Source of the DNA: Nitrospinaceae bacterium
GTDB lineage: Bacteria > Nitrospinota > Nitrospinia > Nitrospinales > Nitrospinaceae
Direction of reading: 5' to 3'
DNA: 64,000 nucleotides
NCBI GenBank assembly: GCA_965223665.1
Contig: OZ245011.1
Coordinates: 1,856,001-1,920,000 of the forward strand
A program made the translations under genes and the position numbers. This document shows, piece by piece, positions 37,723-47,068 of the stretch. The notes beneath the pieces were generated by a model that was not told the DNA's origin, searched no databases, and saw only the letters and a list, made by a program, of their open reading frames with translations. The stretch's first letter is position 1; every line of letters starts with the position of its first letter.

Positions 37723-39467
37723 TCAATACCCTAGCGTGAGGGCGCCGGGTTTGCGTGGATCCGACGCGCCAAAAAACATTCCCTTCCGGCGAACAATCGA
37801 TTGCGACGATCCCATTGCGTTTTTCTCCACGAGGTTGTGCCCCATTTGTTTTAAGCGTTCCAGCGTGTCGGGACTCAACCCCTTCTCCACCCGAAGCTCA
37901 TCCGGAATCCACTGATGATGAATCCGCCTCGCATGTGTGGCTTCGGCGATGTTCATTTTATGATCGATCACGTTAATGAGGATTTGCAACACGGTATTAA
38001 TAATGCGCGGACCTCCCGGACTGCCGGTCGCGAGAAACGGTTTACCATCTTTGAGAACAATCGTAGGTGACATGGAACTGAGCGGACGTTTTTTGGGGTG
38101 AATCGCGTTGGCTTCTCCGCCAACCAGACCAAAGCCATTCATCGCTCCCGGTTTGGCAGAAAAATCATCCATCTCATTATTCATTAGAATCCCGGTACCT
38201 TCTGCAACAATACCGGACCCGAAACTAAAGTTAAGGGTGGTGGTATTGCTCACCACATTACCGAACCGGTCCATCACCGTAAAGTGCGTGGTCTCATCGC
38301 TCTCATAACGGCTTGGCGTTCCCGGACGAATTTCAGATGAAGGTCGCGCCTTCTGTGGGTCAATAGTACTCCGCAGTTGCCGCGCATACGTTTTGGAAAG
38401 CAGTCCTTTCGTCGGAACCGTCCACCAGTCGGGATCTCCTAAAAATTTACTGCGATCGGCAAATGCCAGCTTCATCGATTCCGCCATCAGGTGCAATACG
38501 CTGGAACTGTTCGGTCCCATGGCTGCCAAAGGATAACCCTCCAGAATGTTCAGCATTTGAATGATGTGAATGCCGCCGGAACTGGGAGGCGACATGCCGA
38601 TGACTTCATAACCGCGATACGTGCCGCGAACCGGCTCTCGAACCGCAATGTGATAATTTTTCAGATCTTCTTTGGTGATCAGTCCCCCGTTCTTTTCCAT
38701 AGAAGCTACAATTTTGTCGGCAACAGCTCCTTCATAAAACGCTTTCGGTCCATGCTCCGCAATCTGCCGTAACGACCACGCCAGATCCTTAAACACCATG
38801 CGTTCTCCCACCTGATACACCGATCCATCCTCTTTATAAAAATCCGGCGCGTTTCCGGCCACCGCTGCAATCGTTTTTTCCCATTGGAAAACGTGAACAC
38901 ATGATCTTTGTTAACTACGAGACCTTCCTCAGCGATTTTAATGGCAGGCGCCATGACACGCTTCAGCGAAAACGTCCCGTACTGTTTTAAAACATGCGCC
39001 AGCCCGGCCACCGAACCCGGAACTCCTATCGCCAGGAAACTGTATTGAGATAATTCGGAATCGACCTGCCCTTCTTTGTTCACGTACATATCCACCGTAG
39101 CTTTGAGCGGTGCCATCTCACGGTAATCGATTGCCACAGTTTTGCCGGTGTCCGCGAGGTGCACCAGCATGAATCCTCCACCACCCAGATTGCCCGCGCG
39201 TGGTAACGTGACCGCCAGCGTGAACGCCACTGCCACCGCCGCATCCACCGCGTTGCCACCGTCCTTAAGAATTTGCACACCGACCCGAGTGGCGATGGCC
39301 TCCTGACTGGCCACCATTCCCTGTGCCCCCGTAACCGGATGCACCACATCCTTCTGCGAATAAATCGCACTTTGCTGAGCCTCTGCAGAAACCGAAAACA
39401 AAAATGTAAAATGAAGCGCTAAAAAAACATCAAATATGGTTTTAGAACGAATCATAGTATTTCTCAA
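37723..39467 (-). pseudogene. ggt: second periplasmic gamma-glutamyltransferase, single -1 frameshift
   Basis: ORFs 38706..39467 and 37723..38862 join if one T is added to the T5 run (A5 at 38838-38842); close paralog of 27318..29054. Confidence 0.8.
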
Positions 39468-39625
39468 ACGAAGTTCATACTACCCATGCAACCAAAACAG
39501 GCTTTCAATTAATAACACAAAATCACACCTTTTTAATTATATGGTTTTTTAGTTGGGCGTTGTATAAGTTTATTAGGGGTGTTAAGATTGCACCACAACT
39601 TTCCTCTTCTATATAGGAGGCACTT

Positions 39626-40114
39626 ATGTCAGGCCGAAATATTTTTATTCTTATTTTGGTGGCTATCGCAGCAGTGACTGGGTTGTTTTTGTCCGGGACC
39701 ATAGACCGTGTATTGTTTAAAAAAAGCGACGATGGGACCACTCTGGAAATCGATAAAAAATCTACGGAACCCGCAAACCACAAAGCCCCAACTTCAACTC
39801 CATCGACATCCACAACAATCACCAGTGAAAACAATGAAGGCATCATTCAGTCCGGCTCCGGTAACCAGGCCACCATCACTAACAACGATAATATAAACAT
39901 CGGAGATAACACCTCCGGCAACATTAATATTAACGGCAATCAAGTGGGAGACATCACTGGCAATACAGGCTCGATCCATGTGGGCGACAGCTTTGGCGGT
40001 GACAAAGTGATGGGCGACAAAATTGTCGGCGACACTCACATCAGCGGTAACGAAGTCAACGTGATTGAGGAAAACAAAGGCACTGTCAACATTGGTGGAA
40101 TTGAGTCTAAGTAA
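39626..40114 (+). CDS. membrane-anchored Asn/Gly/Ile-rich putative amyloid/beta-solenoid protein
   Basis: GGAGG RBS; N-terminal TM; Pro/Thr/Ser linker; NNEGIIQSGSGNQATITN and GDKVMGDKIVGD repeats. Confidence 0.8.
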   Translation: MSGRNIFILILVAIAAVTGLFLSGTIDRVLFKKSDDGTTLEIDKKSTEPANHKAPTSTPSTSTTITSENNEGIIQSGSGNQATITNNDNINIGDNTSGNININGNQVGDITGNTGSIHVGDSFGGDKVMGDKIVGDTHISGNEVNVIEENKGTVNIGGIESK

Positions 40115-40133
40115 TCCAGGGAACCACTGAATA

Positions 40134-41561
40134 ATGAAATCGTTACCACTCACTTCCTTATATATATACCTGCTCATCAGTTTGGTCTTATGTGGAACGC
40201 CGGGCCTTGGTCACGCTGAGGATAACTTCACTCAAATTAAAACACTGGCCAGCAAAAATATAAACAACGAAGGGATAATTCAGGAAGGAAAAGGCAACCA
40301 AGCGACCATTCACAATTTCAATGTAGACACACCGGAAGGATACGAAAGAAGTCCTGAAAAAAAAGAGAATAATCGCAACCGCGGGATCATTCAGCAGGGG
40401 GATTACAACATTGCCACGATTTACAATTTTAATATTGGAATCTCAGTCGAGGATTACGAGAAGGGTCTTCGCATTCAGCAAGCTAACTTTCAACAGCAAC
40501 TCAAAAACCTTCGACTCGACGAAAAACAAAAAGAATTAGAACTAAACGCAAGTTTGATGGCAGTCAACAAAAAACTATCCAATGTAAAAGCATCCTATGA
40601 CCAAACAGTTATCGAATTAAAAGCCACCAATAATGAATTGATCAAATTTAAAGATCAGTTATCCACCGAGGAATTAATCACCGCCCATGAAGCCTTGGAA
40701 AAGGGCGATACCCAACTAGCCAAGAAATTATTACAAACTGTAGCGGATAAAAGAGAAATACTGATTGAAGAAACCGCCAGCATTTATTTTCGACTGGGAA
40801 AACTGAATTTTGATGAAGTAAATTATCGTGAATCGTTGGAGAACTTTGAACGCGCGTCACAACTGGCCCCTGGAAACGCAGGGTATTTAAACGATACCGG
40901 CTTTCTATTTTACACCCTGGGTAATTTCGATGAAGCCATTCATTATTATGAAAAAGCCCTTAAGAAAGATTTTAAAAATTTCGGAGAGGATCATCCTCTG
41001 ATTGCCACACTTTGGAACAATCTGGGATTAGCCTGGCACAGCAAAGGCTACTATGATCAAGCCATTGAGTATTATAAGAAAGCCTTGGAAAGCGATCTCA
41101 AAAACTTTGGTGAGAATCATCCCAACGTTGCCATACGTTGGAACAACCTGGGATCGGCCTATGAGAGAAAAGGAGAACCCAATAGAGCAATTGAGTATTA
41201 TAAGAAAGCCCTGGCTATCAATCTCAAAATCTTCGGTAACACTCACCCCAATGTTACCACCAGTTGGAACAATCTGGGAACAGCCTGGCAGGCCAAAGGT
41301 AACCACGACAAAGCCATTGAGTATTTCGAAAAAGCCTTGGAAAACAATCTCAAAATCCTTGGCGCTGGGCACCCGCATGTAGCAGGAGCATGGAATAATC
41401 TGGGGGTAGCATTTGGTTTTAAGGGCGACTATGATAAAGCCATTTCTTATTTCGAAAAAGCCCTGCAAGCAGTCCAAAAAATGGGCTTAGAACATCGAGC
41501 TCTATTAATTAAACAAAACATCGAATTTTTAAAACTTCTAAGTTTAATTCCTCCGGAATAA
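40134..41561 (+). CDS. exported TPR protein with two N-terminal curlin-like motifs and a coiled coil
   Basis: Signal peptide; NEGIIQEGKGNQATIHN and NRGIIQQGDYNIATIYN; 42-aa TPR units WNNLG.A...KG....AI.YY.KAL...HP. Confidence 0.9.
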   Translation: MKSLPLTSLYIYLLISLVLCGTPGLGHAEDNFTQIKTLASKNINNEGIIQEGKGNQATIHNFNVDTPEGYERSPEKKENNRNRGIIQQGDYNIATIYNFNIGISVEDYEKGLRIQQANFQQQLKNLRLDEKQKELELNASLMAVNKKLSNVKASYDQTVIELKATNNELIKFKDQLSTEELITAHEALEKGDTQLAKKLLQTVADKREILIEETASIYFRLGKLNFDEVNYRESLENFERASQLAPGNAGYLNDTGFLFYTLGNFDEAIHYYEKALKKDFKNFGEDHPLIATLWNNLGLAWHSKGYYDQAIEYYKKALESDLKNFGENHPNVAIRWNNLGSAYERKGEPNRAIEYYKKALAINLKIFGNTHPNVTTSWNNLGTAWQAKGNHDKAIEYFEKALENNLKILGAGHPHVAGAWNNLGVAFGFKGDYDKAISYFEKALQAVQKMGLEHRALLIKQNIEFLKLLSLIPPE

Positions 41562-41804
41562 AAAAAGAAAACCATTTGGCATCCATATTCCTTCAAAGTT
41601 TATAATTGAGCTAAAGCCTTTTGCAATAAGGAGAAGTGAATCAAATTCTCCATTTAAATTATATTTTCAAAGACCACCTTTCATTATCCATCCTTTATAT
41701 ATAGACCCTTCTCAACCCACACACTCAAAACAGTTGAAGTTTCAAACTTTCGCACTTCTGCAATTTCCGGTGATAAACTTTGGGGCAAACCTGCCGATAG
41801 GTTA

Positions 41805-42023
41805 ATGAACCCAAACAAATCTATTATGGCGCATTATATTTCGACAACCTGTCCGCTTTGCGGAGCGACCACCAGTCTGGATGTCCCCAGGCAGCAAAGT
41901 CGGTTTCCCAGGAGCATCATCCGAATCCTCTGCCGCAGTTGTGGATTCCGTAAGGAATTCTTCATGCACCAATCCCCTATATATAGGAACCAACCCGTGA
42001 TTGAAAAAAGGGAATGGCTTTAG
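41805..42023 (+). CDS. small zinc-ribbon protein
   Basis: CPLC ... CRSC. Confidence 0.55.
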   Translation: MNPNKSIMAHYISTTCPLCGATTSLDVPRQQSRFPRSIIRILCRSCGFRKEFFMHQSPIYRNQPVIEKREWL

Positions 42024-42183
42024 GCAAGATAACTTTCCTCTTAAACTTCCCTTAATTTCTGCACCAATTCTACTCAAAATTTCCTGAAAATTTTCATTTG
42101 TCTTTTTTAATAAGAGCACTTACCCTGAATTTAGCTCTTAAAAAATAAAATCACACCTGTTTTTCTCATAGGAATCGTTATTC

Positions 42184-43497
42184 ATGAAAAGGCTACTTCT
42201 TGCCTCACTATGGGCTATTCTCATTCTATTTTGCAGCGAAACATCTTTCGCTAGAACCGTCACTTTAATCACGCCGAAAGATACGTACGTCCGTTCTACA
42301 GCTCCCACAAAAAACTACGGCACCGAACCGCGAATGATTGTCGACGGAGTCAGCCTGGACCCGGAGACCCGAACGTTTGGCGAAGTCGCCGGCTTGTTGC
42401 AGTGGGATGTGTCTTCCATTCCGGTGTACTCCATTGTCGACTCAGCTAAAATCACTCTGCGTTTGTACAATTCCAGTTCCGGCGTGTATCACATTTTTGA
42501 ACAAATCGGATCGTGGAGCGAAAAGTCCGTAACCTGGGATGATTTTTCTCCGGGAAGTACTCCCCTCGGTTCCATCCCGGCTAATCGAAGCGGTCCGGTT
42601 ACCATTGAACTTAACGATGACGGGATAGCTCTGGTGCAAGGTTGGATCGATGGGACTTTAGACAATAACGGTTTCGCCCTTCGCGCCGGGGGCACCAATG
42701 ACGGCATCGGATTGCACACCAAGGAAGGTTCCATCGATTTTGCAAAACTTAAAATTTCGTTTTCAGATGGGCCCGCCACCATTGAACAACTTCAGGGAGA
42801 AATCAATCGACTGAGTGCACTGCTTGCCGGACTTCGCAGAAAGGGAGACACGCTTATTTTCGAAGGCATGAACGTTCAAATTGTGAATGGGTATGGCGCC
42901 ACCAACGGACACCCCGGACAAAAAGACGAACTGTCACCTTTAAAAACCAATGTCAATGGATTAGGCAACCTCATTGTCGGTTACAACGAAAAAATAGATA
43001 CAGATTCGTTCGAGGATTTCTTAGACGAGGATTCTGTGTTGTCGGACAAAACCGGCTCTCATAATATTATCGTAGGACATGGCCACAATTATTCAAGTTT
43101 CGGCGGCCTGGTGGCCGGCTGGGATAATATTGTATCGAGTCCATATTCTACAGTGAGCGGAGGCAAATACAATCACGCCAGCGAATTCTGCTCTACGGTC
43201 GGTGGCGGATTCCTCAACGTCGCCAGTGGAGATTACTCGGCGGTCAGTGGCGGTTACCAGCAGATTGCCAGTGGAGACAACTCCAACGTGAGCGGAGGAT
43301 TCCGTAACAAGGCCACCGGATTTGCTTCGCATGTTAGTGGCGGATTTTCCAACATCGCCAGCGGGGAAAGATCGAGTATCAACGGAGGCATCGCCAACAA
43401 AGCCTTTGGAGAAAACTCTACCGTCAGTGGAGGCGGCCACCGGGAAGCCTCCGGAGAAAACGATTGGGTGGCCGGCAGTTTGTATGAGAAAGAATAG
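42184..43497 (+). CDS. secreted DNRLRE(CBM96)-like domain + 15-aa beta-solenoid repeat protein, paralog 1
   Basis: Signal peptide, DTYV..PTKNYG, LLQWDVSSIP, LVQGW, NNGF; coiled coil; GLGNLIVGYNE; 8 repeats; DWVAGSL. Confidence 0.85.
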   Translation: MKRLLLASLWAILILFCSETSFARTVTLITPKDTYVRSTAPTKNYGTEPRMIVDGVSLDPETRTFGEVAGLLQWDVSSIPVYSIVDSAKITLRLYNSSSGVYHIFEQIGSWSEKSVTWDDFSPGSTPLGSIPANRSGPVTIELNDDGIALVQGWIDGTLDNNGFALRAGGTNDGIGLHTKEGSIDFAKLKISFSDGPATIEQLQGEINRLSALLAGLRRKGDTLIFEGMNVQIVNGYGATNGHPGQKDELSPLKTNVNGLGNLIVGYNEKIDTDSFEDFLDEDSVLSDKTGSHNIIVGHGHNYSSFGGLVAGWDNIVSSPYSTVSGGKYNHASEFCSTVGGGFLNVASGDYSAVSGGYQQIASGDNSNVSGGFRNKATGFASHVSGGFSNIASGERSSINGGIANKAFGENSTVSGGGHREASGENDWVAGSLYEKE

Positions 43498-43652
43498 TTT
43501 TGTTCCCTTCCCCGAACATAGTGTTTCCTTCCTTTTTCGACAAAAAGTTCTAAACCATTAAAAATCGCTAACATAGACCTGCCTTTTTCTTTACGATCCA
43601 GTTTGTACCGAAATCGGTTTTCCAATTACCCCCAATTTGCCCCCATCAAGTT

Positions 43653-43681
43653 TTGACAAAACCGGCTAAAGGGTATAAATT
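43653..43681 (+). promoter_or_regulatory. sigma70-like promoter
   Basis: TTGACA followed by TATAAATT at 15-17 nt. Confidence 0.5.
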
Positions 43682-43730
43682 TTGGCCAAATAACCAAATT
43701 TAATACAGTTTCTCACCGTGAGGAGGGGGC

Positions 43731-44957
43731 ATGAAACGAATTACATGTTTTTTAACTTTAATCGCATTGCTACTGACCAGTACATCTGCATGGGCGGTGG
43801 TAGATTCATTTTCCAGTCCGCAGGATAGTTACGTACGCCAAAGTTCTCCGGCCATGAATTATGGATCCGAAAATGTTCTTATCGCAGATGGTATCAGTCA
43901 GGATCCCGACAACGGATTGTACGGCGAAGTCGCAACACTTATCAAATGGGATCTATCCAGCATACCTTCTGGTTCTAATGTCACTGCTGCTTCCATCACT
44001 CTGGATTTTTTCAATTCCAGTGGCGGCACTTATAACATATTGCAACAGCTCAACGCCTGGAACGAAAACTCGGTGGACTTCACGGATTTATCCACTTCAG
44101 GCACAATCCGTGGAATCATTCCTGCTGGAAGCAGCGGCGTAGTCAAAATTCCTTTAAACGCCAGCGGGATCGCTTTAGTGCAAGGTTGGATCGATGGCAA
44201 CATTGACAATAATGGATTTGCTATTCGCACCTCCGGCACTAACGACAGTATTGGTATGGACTCGCGAGAATCTTCCGGAATGGCACCGACATTAGAAGTG
44301 GATTATGAAGGGGCTGTCCTGACCCTGGAAGAACTCACCGCCAAGGTTCGCGAATTTGAAGAACTCTTTGAAGGAATCACCCGATCCGGATCTAACATTT
44401 TTATCACCGGTGCCAATGTGCATATACGCAACGGCCTGGGATCAACAGATGGCAGCGATAGCTCCAATCCTCCACGAACCAATGGACTGGGGAATTTAAT
44501 TGTTGGTTATAATGAACCGCCTCCCTGCCCTCCGGCAACTATATGTTTGAATCGGCTCGGTTCGCACAATGTGGTCATTGGTCCCGAACACACCTATACC
44601 AGTTATGGAGGTTTGATAACTGGAGACCGAAACAGAATCACAGATATTTACAGTGTGGCGGTTGGAGGTTTTCTCAATCAATCCACCGGTGCTTATTCAG
44701 GCACGTTCAGTGGTTCCGGCAACCAGGCGACGGGAAATTTTTCCACAGTTACCGGTGGAGCCAGTAATACCGCAAGCGGCGGTACCTCTCATATCAGTGG
44801 CGGACGGCAAAACAACGCCACCGGTGGATTTTCCACTGTGAGCGGCGGACGTGAAAACACTTCTTCCGGAAACTCTGCAACCGTCGGTGGTGGATTTCAA
44901 CGAAGTGTTAACGGGTTCGACGACTGGAGAGCTGGCAGTTTATTTGAAACTCAATAA
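43731..44957 (+). CDS. secreted DNRLRE-like + beta-solenoid repeat protein, paralog 2
   Basis: Same architecture; 7 repeats; DWRAGSL. Confidence 0.85.
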   Translation: MKRITCFLTLIALLLTSTSAWAVVDSFSSPQDSYVRQSSPAMNYGSENVLIADGISQDPDNGLYGEVATLIKWDLSSIPSGSNVTAASITLDFFNSSGGTYNILQQLNAWNENSVDFTDLSTSGTIRGIIPAGSSGVVKIPLNASGIALVQGWIDGNIDNNGFAIRTSGTNDSIGMDSRESSGMAPTLEVDYEGAVLTLEELTAKVREFEELFEGITRSGSNIFITGANVHIRNGLGSTDGSDSSNPPRTNGLGNLIVGYNEPPPCPPATICLNRLGSHNVVIGPEHTYTSYGGLITGDRNRITDIYSVAVGGFLNQSTGAYSGTFSGSGNQATGNFSTVTGGASNTASGGTSHISGGRQNNATGGFSTVSGGRENTSSGNSATVGGGFQRSVNGFDDWRAGSLFETQ

Positions 44958-44970
44958 TTTGTTTTATCAT

Positions 44971-45006
44971 GGCAGACCCCGGTTCCTACCGGGGTCTGTT
45001 TTTTTT
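44971..45006 (+). terminator. intrinsic terminator (family shared with 46663 and 48232)
   Basis: GGCAGACCCCGGT/ACCGGGGTCTGTT plus T run. Confidence 0.85.
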
Positions 45007-45178
45007 GTTTGATAAACCAACTCTCAGCTCCTGGAACCTGAGAAGGCTTCCAGGTTTTTTTGATGGCTGCCATGCCAATCCTTCCTTAAAAATATTATTC
45101 TTGTGACGAGCCCAGTGCATTTTCTTCTTGAACAGACTTAAGTATTTTTTCAAAGATTGTTTTACGGGTTTGGTCACA

Positions 45179-45206
45179 TTGACAAACCTTAGGAAAAGGT
45201 TATAAT
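45179..45206 (+). promoter_or_regulatory. consensus sigma70 promoter
   Basis: TTGACA-N16-TATAAT. Confidence 0.7.
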
Positions 45207-45334
45207 TTGACAAGCCCTGAAATTTAATATCGAGTCTAAAGCAGTTCTCATGAAATGTTGTTTAAGATGAATCTCTTTAAATATTTTCCTTTCAATTTTT
45301 TCAAATAACTAATCCTTATTCAGTGGGGGGAACT

Positions 45335-46648
45335 ATGAAAAATAATATTAGAGCAATTCTAATTTTTTCATTTTTACTTTTAAGCGGTTACAGTTACGCA
45401 CAAACCACAGTGAGCTTTCAAGATGGGGTGTCACCCGATGCAGGGTACACCGGGACACAAGACAGTTATGGTCGGAGCACATCTCCCGGCGCAAACTATG
45501 GCAGTGACAATACTATAATTTCTGACGGGGTGGCGCAGGATCCGGATAACGGTCTTTTTGGAGAAGTTGCCGGAATCGTCAAATGGGACATTTCATCAAT
45601 TCCGGCATCCGCCACCGTAACCAGCGCTTCGATAACGGTGAATCTGACCAATAACAGTTCTGGCGCTTATAACTTTTTGCAGCAAACCGGAGCCTGGTCG
45701 GAAGGTTCAGTTACCTGGAGCGACTTTAATTTTGGAGGCGTTATTCTGGGTACCATTCCCGCGTTTGCTTTTGGCAGCACGACGGTCAATTTAAATGCTT
45801 CAGGGATTGCACTGGTTCAAGCCTGGGTCGATGGATCAATAGCTAATGATGGAATCCTGGTTCGGCATGGAGGGACTAACAACAGTATTCAATTTGAATC
45901 TACAGAGTCAGGCGGTAACTCCCCCATATTAGAAGTAACTTATACAGGAGGAACCCAAACCTTGGAAGAGCGAGTGGCGTTTTTAGAAGCTCTTTTGGCC
46001 GGCGTGATGCGCAATGGAAATAAGATAGTGTTCGATGGATTGAATGTTCAAATTACTAATGGTTTAGGTGCCACTAATGGCAATCCAGGTAATCCGGACA
46101 GCGACACCACCACTGAAGTTAATGGTTTAGGTAATTTGATTGTGGGTTATGACGAAGACATTAATCCTTACAATGTAGATGGAACACCGTTATCAAACAA
46201 AAGTGGTTCACACAATGTGATCATCGGTCACGGGCACAACTACAGCAGTTTCGGTGGCTTTGTGGTTGGCCAGGATAACATAATCAGCGATTCCTACGCC
46301 AGCGTCAGTGGGGGAAATCAAAATACTGCAAGTGGAATCTGGTCCAGCGTCAGTGGTGGATTTTTCAATACTGCAAGCGCAAGCAGGTCCAGCGTCAGCG
46401 GGGGAGAACGAAATACGGCAAGTAGCCCTCAGTCCAGCGTCAGTGCTGGACTTCGCAATACTGCAAGTGGAATCGGTTCCAGTGTCAGTGGGGGAATAGA
46501 TAATACTGCAAGTGGACCTAATTCCAGCGTTAGTGGGGGAGATAATAATACTGCGAGCGGAACAGAATCCACCGTGAGTGGAGGGGAAAGCAGATCGGTT
46601 ATTGATACCCATGACTGGAGAGCAGGCAGTTTATTTGAAAATAATTAA
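45335..46648 (+). CDS. secreted DNRLRE-like + beta-solenoid repeat protein, paralog 3
   Basis: Same architecture; FQDGVSP..Y.GTQD N-terminus; 8 repeats. Confidence 0.85.
   Translation: MKNNIRAILIFSFLLLSGYSYAQTTVSFQDGVSPDAGYTGTQDSYGRSTSPGANYGSDNTIISDGVAQDPDNGLFGEVAGIVKWDISSIPASATVTSASITVNLTNNSSGAYNFLQQTGAWSEGSVTWSDFNFGGVILGTIPAFAFGSTTVNLNASGIALVQAWVDGSIANDGILVRHGGTNNSIQFESTESGGNSPILEVTYTGGTQTLEERVAFLEALLAGVMRNGNKIVFDGLNVQITNGLGATNGNPGNPDSDTTTEVNGLGNLIVGYDEDINPYNVDGTPLSNKSGSHNVIIGHGHNYSSFGGFVVGQDNIISDSYASVSGGNQNTASGIWSSVSGGFFNTASASRSSVSGGERNTASSPQSSVSAGLRNTASGIGSSVSGGIDNTASGPNSSVSGGDNNTASGTESTVSGGESRSVIDTHDWRAGSLFENN
46301..46585 (+). repeat. 45-bp tandem coding repeat (6 full units plus a partial one)
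   Basis: AGCGTCAGTGGGGGA-N6-AATACTGCAAGT-N9-TCC encoding SVSGGxxNTASxxxS. Confidence 0.9.
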
Positions 46649-46662
46649 TTTAATTTTTTCAT

Positions 46663-46700
46663 GGCAGATCCCGGTTCCTTCCGGGGTCTGTCTTTTTATT
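46663..46700 (+). terminator. intrinsic terminator
   Basis: GGCAGATCCCGG/CCGGGGTCTGTC plus T run. Confidence 0.8.
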
Positions 46701-46855
46701 TTCGCATAAAAACTTTTATGATAGTCGGTGATTGACCGGCGAGGAGTTTACAAACAAAATATATCGCTCGCGGGATAATTCCTACCAAAAACCTGCGTTT
46801 TCTTCTCCCTTTCTTTTAGATTGATCCGAATTAACCTTTTTCCGTTTCAAACCGG

Positions 46856-46883
46856 TTGATTTTGAAGTGAACAAATCTATAAT
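46856..46883 (+). promoter_or_regulatory. sigma70-like promoter
   Basis: TTGATT-N16-TATAAT. Confidence 0.55.
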
Positions 46884-47068
46884 GAGCCATCCTAAAAATT
46901 TGTCTGGCTCAAAGATTATTTAAATCGGTTTTGGTTTTTATAATTAGTCTCAGTTCAATCTAAATCTTTAATGAGAGGTCTTCCTTTGGGTTCAGACGTC
47001 CGTTGTTTGAAGATTTTTCTATTTCAGACCTCTCTCAATAATCTGACTTCCAAAGGGGGGGGCGTTTC

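Noticed and set aside
40990-41470. 126-bp DNA repeats
   Set aside because: Explained by 42-aa TPR units of the coding sequence.
46301-46585. CRISPR array or DGR
   Set aside because: Repeats are in-frame 45-bp coding units without unique spacers; no cas or reverse transcriptase gene and no template/variable repeat pair in the window.
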